From Planctomycetota bacterium (GTDB lineage: Bacteria; Planctomycetota; GCA-002687715; DRQF01), in assembly GCA_027001995.1 (NCBI GenBank), contig JALTLO010000086.1, positions 26,224-58,197 of the forward strand: 31,974 nucleotides of DNA, read 5' to 3'. The position numbers and the translations under genes are program-made. How positions within the stretch are numbered: the first letter of the stretch is position 1; each line of letters starts with the position of its first letter. The notes below the pieces were generated by a model. That model saw nothing but the letters and a program-made list of their open reading frames with translations. It was not told where the DNA came from and ran no database searches. Below, one piece after another: positions 1-7,458 of the stretch.

Positions 1-1031
1 GACAGTTGAACGATCTGGCCGCTTTTCTCTGAATCATAAACTGCTTGAGCGATTTCGATGGCGCGGGCACCATCCCAGCCTTGAGCCAAACGGACCTCTT
101 TGCCGTCGATCATGTTGATGAAATCGTTCAATTCTTTCACGAATGTATCGTAGGACGTGGATTCCCACCCTTTGAATTTTTCTTTCAAAATGATCTCTGG
201 GTAGAACTTTCGTTTCTTTTGGCGGCGGCCAGTTTTGGGATCGCGGCTGACGAAAAGGTTGAACATGGGGGCATAATAGCCCTTCACCATGCCTCTGTCT
301 CCATAGGCCTCAACCGAAAAATGGTAGCCCTTCCATTCGGACCAAGTCGCGTGGTAGCTCACCGGAATATTGTTGACGGTCTTGAAGATCGCCATAGCGT
401 TATCTTCCGATCCTCTCACATTCCAGATGTCGTTGCGGGCTATGCCATAGACTTCTTTGATCTCCCCAGCCACATAGCGTGTTAGGTCAGTCATGTGGAT
501 GCCACAGTCCATCATGGCCCCACCACCGGAGAGTTCGCCTTCGTACATCCAGTCGCAGCGTAGGTTGCTTAGGCCATCGTGACCGGAGAAAATCCTGAGA
601 TGATCTACTGTTCCAATGAGACCATCGTCGATGACTTGTTTGAGATATTCGATAGATGGATAAAAGCGGTGATTAAAACCCACCGCCAGAGTTTTTCCCC
701 ATTTTTCTGCCGCTTCCAGCATGCGTAGGCAGGACTCATGGCTATTGGACATAGGTTTTTCGCAGAGGACATGGCAACCCGCCTCGAATGCGGCCACGGC
801 GGCCACCTCGTGAAATTGGACAGGACTCGAGATGAACACACAATCTGGCTCCACGGCTTCGAGGAGGTCTCTGTGATCGGAAAAGGCCCTGCCTCCGTAC
901 GCTTGGACACAGTTTTGAGCAGCGTCCTGATTTGGGTCGGCCACGGCCACCAACTCAGATCCTGGGTGTTCTGCCACGGTCTTGGCCCTAAGACGTCCGA
1001 TAATTCCAGCTCCGAAAACGGCGAACTTCAT
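1..1031 (-). CDS. Gfo/Idh/MocA family NAD(P)-dependent oxidoreductase (3' end just outside the window; absent from the ORF track)
   Basis: Manual translation from ATG at 1031 gives MKFAVFGAGIIG (Rossmann GxGxxG), HVLCEKP and LAVGFNHRF. The same frame at the window edge reads AQAVYDSEKSGQIVQL, a typical family C-terminus. Confidence 0.9.
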   Translation of the reverse strand, partial: MKFAVFGAGIIGRLRAKTVAEHPGSELVAVADPNQDAAQNCVQAYGGRAFSDHRDLLEAVEPDCVFISSPVQFHEVAAVAAFEAGCHVLCEKPMSNSHESCLRMLEAAEKWGKTLAVGFNHRFYPSIEYLKQVIDDGLIGTVDHLRIFSGHDGLSNLRCDWMYEGELSGGGAMMDCGIHMTDLTRYVAGEIKEVYGIARNDIWNVRGSEDNAMAIFKTVNNIPVSYHATWSEWKGYHFSVEAYGDRGMVKGYYAPMFNLFVSRDPKTGRRQKKRKFYPEIILKEKFKGWESTSYDTFVKELNDFINMIDGKEVRLAQGWDGARAIEIAQAVYDSEKSGQIVQL

Positions 1032-1154
1032 CTGAGAAAGGCTCCAAAAAAAGAAACTGCCCTGGTTCTATCGCCACAGAAGGGACACTAACATGAGAGA
1101 GAGCAATGTGGTTTCATATCTTCGGAATGAGTCCTTTGGTTTGGAGATCAATTC

Positions 1155-2048
1155 ATGAGTCCGGATCTTTCTGTCGTCGTCCCCAGTGTGACGGGTTGGT
1201 CTGATCTAGGCCGATGTGTTCACGCCCTTTGGAGCCAAGAGGGAGATCTTCAGATTGAAGTGATTATTCCAGATCGCCTGGGCGTGGATGTACAAGACCA
1301 GATCAAAACCACCTATCCCAATTGTGTTCTCATTCCTCAAGACCAGAAGACTACAATCCCTCTCATGCGAGGAGCTGGCGTCTTAGCAGCAACGGCACCA
1401 GCCATTGCGATTTTGGAAGATCATGTTCTTGTTCCTAAGACTTGGGCGCAGGACATGCTCAGAGCTCTTGCCTCAAGCGACGGTGTGGTGGCGGGCTCAG
1501 TGGAGAATGGTGCTACGTCCACTTTGATGGACCGTGCCGCTTTCTTGTGTGAATATTCTCACTGCATGCCACCAATTCCTGGGGGTGAGGTCGAATGGCT
1601 GACCGGCAATAACGTTGTCTATGAACGGGAACTCTTGCTGAAGCATGTGGCGATTTTTCAATCTGGGCAATGGGAGAATGTCCTGCATGACGCTATCAAG
1701 GCCTCCGGAAGGAAGCTTATATGTCATCCTGAAATCGTAGTCTCCCATGATCTGCATTATGGGCCCTTTGATTATCTGGGGCAGCGTTACTTATACGCCC
1801 GGTCCTATGCGGGCAGCCGCGTGGCAGAGGAATCTGGGGTGAAGAAATTTGCCTATGGATGTGCGGCATTTCTCTTACCTCCCATTTTATTGATTCGCAT
1901 TTTCAAACGTGTCTTTGACAAGAACCGCGATCGGGGTGTCCTGTTCGCTTCGATTCCTCTTTTGATTAGTTTCGTCTTCGCCTGGAGTTGGGGTGAGGTT
2001 GTGGGATACTGGTTTGGTGCCGGTGATGCACTCGCTCGGGTTCGTTAA
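1155..2048 (+). CDS. Glycosyltransferase family 2 protein
   Basis: N-terminal LSVVVP, AILEDH (DxD-like), GNNVVY and C-terminal hydrophobic helices. GGAG RBS upstream. Confidence 0.8.
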   Translation: MSPDLSVVVPSVTGWSDLGRCVHALWSQEGDLQIEVIIPDRLGVDVQDQIKTTYPNCVLIPQDQKTTIPLMRGAGVLAATAPAIAILEDHVLVPKTWAQDMLRALASSDGVVAGSVENGATSTLMDRAAFLCEYSHCMPPIPGGEVEWLTGNNVVYERELLLKHVAIFQSGQWENVLHDAIKASGRKLICHPEIVVSHDLHYGPFDYLGQRYLYARSYAGSRVAEESGVKKFAYGCAAFLLPPILLIRIFKRVFDKNRDRGVLFASIPLLISFVFAWSWGEVVGYWFGAGDALARVR

Positions 2049-2061
2049 TCTGGAGATCATG

Positions 2062-3333
2062 ATGAAGAAACTTCTCTGCTCAATCTTTGTACTTTCGATT
2101 CTCTTTGCTTGCCAAGACGAGCAACCTTTGCGGCAGAGGATTGGTGATACGGCACCGAGCGAACGGTGGATTTATGACGATTGGCAGAAAGCGAAGGCTG
2201 AGTCGAGTGACACGGGCAAACCACTTTTTGTCGTGTTTCGCTGTGTCCCATGAAAGAACTGTAGTGAATTTGACGGGCAGGTTGTCCGTGAATCATCTGA
2301 TCTGAGTAGCTTGCTGGATCAATTCGTTTGCCTGCGACTTGTTCGCATGCGTGGCGTTGACTTGAGTTTGTTTCAATTCGACTATGACTTGACGTGGGCT
2401 GGGTTCTTCATGGAGCCTGATGGGACAGTCTTGGGACGCTATGGAGCAGGTTCCAGAGATTCCATGCATTACAATTCAATTCCTGGGCTCAAGAATGCCA
2501 TGAAGCGAGCCCTCCAATTTCATCAAAACATCGACGAGTTGAAGCCGGCTCTCGTCGCCAAGAACCAAAAAGACGTCGCTTTCAAGTTTCCGAAAGATCT
2601 TCCTAGCAAGAAAATTCGCGAAATCCTCAAGGGCGACACGGCGCGGAAAAACTGCATCCATTGTCACACGGTTCAGGCCGGCCTCAACGAAGTTATTGCT
2701 TCGAAGCCCGGTTATCACCCAGACCAAATCCGCAGTTTGTTTCCGGCTCCTGAAAGGTTGGGGGTTGTTCTTGACGTTGACCACGGCTTGAAAGTCAAAC
2801 GGGTGATTCCTCAAAGCGCGGCGGCCATGGCCGGGGTCCAAGTGGGGGATGAATTGACGCACGCCATGGGACAGCCATTGCTTTCCAATGCTGATTTCAT
2901 TTGGGCATTGAGGAGCGTGGATGATCCGGGGGTGGCTAACCTTGTTGTGAAGCGGGGGGATACTTCGAAAACTCTGGCTGTGCCCCTCAAGAAAGGTTGG
3001 AAACCCGCAGATATCGCATGGCGTACTTCCGTATTCGACATGCGCCCTCAATTGCGTCTTTGGGTGGAGAAAGCTAACAAGAGCCAACGCCGCAAAGCGC
3101 ACCTGAAAGACGACGAACTTGGCTTGGATGTCCGCGGAGTCTTCGGAGCAGAGGTGAAGAAGGCTGGATTTCGCTCTGGAGACCTTGTCGTCGCTGTGGG
3201 CCCATGGCACCCGAATGTGGGTGCCAATGATTTTGCCCAGCACATTCGCGTTCACTACTATCAAAAGGGTGCCAAAATCCCGATAACTGTGATTCGAGGA
3301 AGCAGACGGTTGACCTTGGTCGCCAAGTTCTAA
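2062..3333 (+). CDS. Trx7/PDZ domain-containing selenoprotein (Sec at TGA 2251-2253), predicted lipoprotein
   Basis: ORFs 1993-2253 and 2311-3333 are in the same frame and separated only by TGA. Read-through gives GKPLFVVFRCVP-U-KNC (thioredoxin UxxC). A SECIS-like hairpin follows. Also LFAC lipobox, CIHCH motif, PDZ-like segments (AAAMAGVQVGD, KKAGFRSGD) and GGAG RBS at 2052-2055. Confidence 0.9.
2265..2295 (+). promoter_or_regulatory. Bacterial SECIS-like stem-loop
   Basis: Core ACGGGCA-GGT-TGTCCGT (2273-2289) extended by ATTT/GAAT and TG/CA pairs. G-containing apical loop about 27 nt after the UGA, resembling the GCAGGU apex of the E. coli fdhF SECIS. Confidence 0.75.
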
Positions 3334-3353
3334 GACACCGGCGGCATTTCGGC

Positions 3354-4166
3354 TCAGAGGTTGAGGATGAGTCCCTGGCGAGCCCCGAGGGCGTCAGGGA
3401 AAATCTTCTGAGCTGCTTGCTCAATTTCCAAGCACACTTGATCGTCATGTGTCGGGTCGTGACTGAAGAGAATGAGTTTCTTGGCCCCTGCTGTCTTGGC
3501 TAAGCGAACTCCCTCGTTGTAAGTGCTATGGCCCCAGCCTTCCCGGCCATTGAAGTACTCGGCTTCTGTATATTGAGCATCATAGACCAATGCGTCGCAC
3601 CCCGTAGCGAACTTGACCAAGAGTTCGTTCATATGGGGTGGGGCGTGTTCTGTGTCTGTAGCAAAGACAAATGATGTGCCTTCTTCGTCGATTCGGAATC
3701 CGGTTGATTCTTGAGGATGGGGCAATGGGATACAGGTGATCGTGGCATCCCCAACTTTGGTTTCCCCATCGTGGGTGAGAAGTGTGAAGGATTTCAGCCC
3801 CAACATGGCATCTAAGCCAACCGGAAAATAGGGCGGCGACATTTGTCCTTTGAGAAACTCTTCTGCGGTTTTGGTGCAATAGATGTGGACTTCATAATCT
3901 GGATGGTAAGCAGGGCCGAAGAAGGGAAATCCTTGGATATGATCCCAATGGGCATGGGTCAAAAACAGGTGGATCGTCTTGCAGTCGGGGTTGGTTGCGA
4001 AAATGTCGCTGCCAAGCTCACGAATTCCTGTGCCCGCATCCAGGATTATCATCTCATCTGTGGATTCGAGGGCAATGCTCAAACAAGGTGTATTCCCGCC
4101 GAACTCTGTGAAATTAGGGCCCGATGTCGGAATGCTCCCCCGTGTTCCCCAAAATCTAACGATCAT
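3354..4166 (-). CDS. MBL-fold metallo-hydrolase
   Basis: FWGTRGS, LDAGTG, THAHWDHIQG (HxHxDH), WGHS and FSHDP motifs. Confidence 0.9.
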   Translation of the reverse strand: MIVRFWGTRGSIPTSGPNFTEFGGNTPCLSIALESTDEMIILDAGTGIRELGSDIFATNPDCKTIHLFLTHAHWDHIQGFPFFGPAYHPDYEVHIYCTKTAEEFLKGQMSPPYFPVGLDAMLGLKSFTLLTHDGETKVGDATITCIPLPHPQESTGFRIDEEGTSFVFATDTEHAPPHMNELLVKFATGCDALVYDAQYTEAEYFNGREGWGHSTYNEGVRLAKTAGAKKLILFSHDPTHDDQVCLEIEQAAQKIFPDALGARQGLILNL

Positions 4167-4327
4167 GCTGTACTCTCTCGTGCGTCCACATCAATTTGAG
4201 ACTCGGTGTCTGCAAGTCCTTCACTGATAGACCTTAAAGGAAATTTCGCCATAGAGGAAGCCCCAATATTGGGGAAGCAGACTCTTCATCGGCTGGCTTC
4301 CCCGGCGTCCCAAGATTTATCCACCTC

Positions 4328-5863
4328 TTAAGGCGTGGCGGTGTAATCTTTCATCGACGTAAATTTCACTTTATCTTTCTCATATCCGAGGATTTCCGTG
4401 AGGGTGGAGAACTTATTGACGCCAGTACTACATTCGATGTCGCTGCCGGTGATTTGAGAAGGATGTTCGTATCCGCAGGCTCGAGAAAGTGCAAGCAGTT
4501 CCTTGCGGAAAGACTTGAGGTAACGAGTCATGCGCTGTGATTTGAGTTCCACGTTGACACCCGCCTGAAGCCATTTGTTCTGAGTCGCGATTCCTGCTGG
4601 GCAATGGCCTGTATGGCACTTTTGGGCTTGGATGCAGCCCACAGCAATCATGGATTCTCGGGCCACTTGGATGAGATCACAGCCCATGGCTAGTGCGATG
4701 AGAGCTCGATCCGGGAACCCCAATTTGCCACTGCCAATCCAAACGATGTTTTTGCCAATGCCCGCATCTTGGAAAATCTGGTAGACCCGTTGAAATCCGA
4801 TCTTGAATGGCAGAGCGACGTGGTCAGCGAAAGTCAAAGGAGCGGCCCCTGTGCCTCCTTCGCCACCGTCGATGGTGATAAAATCTGGCCCTTTGCCTGT
4901 GGACTTCATCTTCTCCGCTAACTCGGTCCAGAAATTCAGGTTTCCAATGGCAGCTTTAATCCCCACCGGCAGCCCAGTCTTGCCTGCGATGCTTTCGACG
5001 AAATCGATGAGCCCAGAGGCATCGGAAAACTGGTTGTGAGCGTTGGGCGAGATGCAATCCTTGCCAACGGGGATTCCTCGGATTGCGGCGATTTCAGGAG
5101 TTACTTTTGCTCCAGGAAGGATTCCTCCTTTGCCGGGCTTGGCTCCTTGGGAGAGCTTGATCTCGATACAGCGAATTGCGGGAGTTTCCGCCACAGTCTT
5201 GGCCACACGATCCAAACTGAATTGGCCGTCCTCTCCGCGAGCACCAAAATAACCCGTACCGATTTGCCACATGATATCAGCACCTTCTTTGTGGTAAGGA
5301 CTGACTCCACCTTCACCGCTATTGTGATAGGCATGGGCACCCTTCGCTCCTAGGTTGAAAGAACGAATCGTACGTTCCCCCAAAGATCCGAAGGACATAG
5401 CCGAAATGTTGATGATCGATTCTGGACGAAATGGGCGCTTGCGTTGGTGGAAGTCTCCCATGACTTTGAGGCAGGGAATGGCCGTTGGATCGTCTCCAGG
5501 CCAGGTCGCCTTGCTATCGGGGAAGGGGAAAACTGCAGGCTTGATTATGGGGTATCCAACGCTGTAAATCTGCTCCGCCGTGCCGAATCCAGCGGTATTG
5601 TTGAGCCCTTTGGCAGAAGAATAAATCCATGCCCGTTCGCTTCTGTTAAAGGGCAGTTCTTCTCGGTCGTTGGCTACCCAATATTGACGCAGCTCTGGAC
5701 CAATCATCTCCAGCAGATAACGAAGGTTTCCGAAGATTGGATAGTTGTGCTTGATCGCGTGGCGTTTCTGGAAAAAGACATCGCGGATACCCACTAAGAT
5801 GAGGAAGACGAAAAAGATCAACCAAAAGGTGAGCCAAGGACAAGACTGCATCCAATTCCACAT
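4328..5863 (-). CDS. FMN-binding glutamate synthase family protein (membrane-anchored stand-alone type)
   Basis: SAMSFGSL, NSGEGG, IEIKLSQGAKPGKGG, DGGEGGTGAAP and the GCIQAQKCHTGHCPAG [3Fe-4S] motif. N-terminal TM helix. ATG 5863 preferred as start. Confidence 0.9.
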   Translation of the reverse strand: MWNWMQSCPWLTFWLIFFVFLILVGIRDVFFQKRHAIKHNYPIFGNLRYLLEMIGPELRQYWVANDREELPFNRSERAWIYSSAKGLNNTAGFGTAEQIYSVGYPIIKPAVFPFPDSKATWPGDDPTAIPCLKVMGDFHQRKRPFRPESIINISAMSFGSLGERTIRSFNLGAKGAHAYHNSGEGGVSPYHKEGADIMWQIGTGYFGARGEDGQFSLDRVAKTVAETPAIRCIEIKLSQGAKPGKGGILPGAKVTPEIAAIRGIPVGKDCISPNAHNQFSDASGLIDFVESIAGKTGLPVGIKAAIGNLNFWTELAEKMKSTGKGPDFITIDGGEGGTGAAPLTFADHVALPFKIGFQRVYQIFQDAGIGKNIVWIGSGKLGFPDRALIALAMGCDLIQVARESMIAVGCIQAQKCHTGHCPAGIATQNKWLQAGVNVELKSQRMTRYLKSFRKELLALSRACGYEHPSQITGSDIECSTGVNKFSTLTEILGYEKDKVKFTSMKDYTATP

Positions 5864-6132
5864 GATGGAACCCCTATTAACGCACAAACTGCTTTCTTAT
5901 TTGTGAGAGTTAACACCTTTCGGGCGGTTTTGTAAAGGGTTGAGGCTTCGTGAGTTACTTCTCATCTCCCAAGAACAGGGAAGCTCTGAAGCTCCTCGGC
6001 TGCGTTCTGTGAGAATCTCTCCTCCAACAACGACAAGGAGAAGAAATCGGAGCTTCTGCATGGGCTGAGCAATTCGTAGAAAGGTCATGTTGGTGACCTT
6101 CTTCTTCCTTCACTCCCGTTTGAGGTAGTCCT

Positions 6133-6648
6133 GTGGCCGGAAAAGCATGGATCGGTATTATTTTGGCAGTGGTTTGTGTTGGCAGCGTGGGTATTCGTCA
6201 CGTTGTCGGGGATTCTGACCCAGAACCTCAGGTGGTCACAACGCCAAGTCGAAACAATTTCGTTGGCGGCAATTCTCTGGTGCCCCAGGGTCCTTCCCCC
6301 CAGAGAAAAGTGACCCCGTCAAAGCCAGAGAAGGAATCGTTCATGAGCAAGAGTCTGCCTTTTGTGACAGAAGCAAGCTTCTTCGGATTGATTGGCTTTG
6401 CCCTGGGCTATTTTTCGAAGAAGGTGGTGAAGCTCATGCTGATTTTCATCGCCATTTTGTTCATGGTCCTTCAGGGATTGTCCTACTTGGACGTCCTGAC
6501 CATGGATTGGCAAAAGCTCATTGATGTCGTGAATGACTTGATTCTCAACCTCAAACAGAACGACAGTATCAGCGCTGTCTTGCAAGATCGAATACCCACC
6601 GCCGGAGCCCTCGTCACAGGTTACTTCCTAGGATTCCGGCGGGGTTAG
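6133..6648 (+). CDS. FUN14 domain-containing membrane protein
   Basis: GLIGFALGYFSKKVVK...LQGLSYLDVLTMDW...GYFLGF pattern typical of FUN14. Confidence 0.75.
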   Translation: MAGKAWIGIILAVVCVGSVGIRHVVGDSDPEPQVVTTPSRNNFVGGNSLVPQGPSPQRKVTPSKPEKESFMSKSLPFVTEASFFGLIGFALGYFSKKVVKLMLIFIAILFMVLQGLSYLDVLTMDWQKLIDVVNDLILNLKQNDSISAVLQDRIPTAGALVTGYFLGFRRG

Positions 6649-6663
6649 GTATTCTTGACCCCT

Positions 6664-7446
6664 TTAGAGATCGACGCCTTGGCCATATTTGGTGGGGGCG
6701 TCCCGATAAAGGGCTTGAGCCTCATCCATGAGTGCTCGCAAATCCCGGGTTCGGGTTTCATTTGCTGGGTGGGTCGAAAGGAACTCGGGGGGCTGGGTGG
6801 CTCCCTGTCCCATGCGGATCCAAAGCTCAGGGGCGACACTGGGGTCGTAGCCAGCTTTCGCCATGTAGCGAATTCCCATGAGGTCAGCTTCAGATTCGTG
6901 GGAGCGGGAATACTTGAGTGTTCCTAATTTCGCCCCTGCACCAAAAGCTGCCATGATCATGGGTCTTTGGGCATTGTTGCTAAAGGCGAAGTCCGCCGCT
7001 GAAAGGCCCAGTTGGACTGCCATGGTAGAAGACATGCGTTGACCACCGTGTCTGGCAATGGCGTGGCCAACTTCATGACCCATGACGAAAGCCAAGCCAG
7101 CTTCCGTTTCACAGATGGGAAGGATTCCCGTGTAGATCACGATCTTGCCCCCAGGCAAGACGAAGGCGTTGGCTTGGTTGCTTTCGACCAAGCGTACTTC
7201 CCAATTGTAGTTCTTGCCGGTCACCGCCGTGATTCGATCGGCGACCCTTTGGACCACAGCATTCATGGCTGCGTCACGGCTCGCGACGCTTTCTGACTTC
7301 ACTTGGGCGAATGCTTGGGCACCCATACTGATTTCTGTCGCTTCGGGCACGATGTTGAAGCTTGACCGCCCCGTCTCCGGGTTGGTGACACAAGCACCGA
7401 GGGAGGAGAGAAGCAGGAGCAAGAAAATGGCAAGTCTGTTGTGCAT
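6664..7446 (-). CDS. M48 family zinc metallopeptidase, lipoprotein
   Basis: LGAC lipobox, NAFVLPGG, HEVGH (HExxH), ESEAD and FLSTHP. Confidence 0.93.
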   Translation of the reverse strand: MHNRLAIFLLLLLSSLGACVTNPETGRSSFNIVPEATEISMGAQAFAQVKSESVASRDAAMNAVVQRVADRITAVTGKNYNWEVRLVESNQANAFVLPGGKIVIYTGILPICETEAGLAFVMGHEVGHAIARHGGQRMSSTMAVQLGLSAADFAFSNNAQRPMIMAAFGAGAKLGTLKYSRSHESEADLMGIRYMAKAGYDPSVAPELWIRMGQGATQPPEFLSTHPANETRTRDLRALMDEAQALYRDAPTKYGQGVDL

Positions 7447-7458
7447 GTGAAAAGTCCT

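Noticed and set aside
45..1091. ORFs 45-485, 605-910 and 738-1091
   Set aside because: They overlap the real minus-strand Gfo/Idh/MocA gene, which lacks a stop inside the window.
1993..2253. Separate 86-aa gene or nonsense pseudogene
   Set aside because: Better explained as the N-terminus of a selenoprotein (UxxC motif, SECIS, in-frame continuation).
2476..3264. 262-aa antisense ORF
   Set aside because: Shadow of the Trx7/PDZ gene with no motifs.
5897..6088. 63-aa small ORF in the divergent intergenic region
   Set aside because: No recognisable family or compositional support, so it cannot be supported from the sequence alone.
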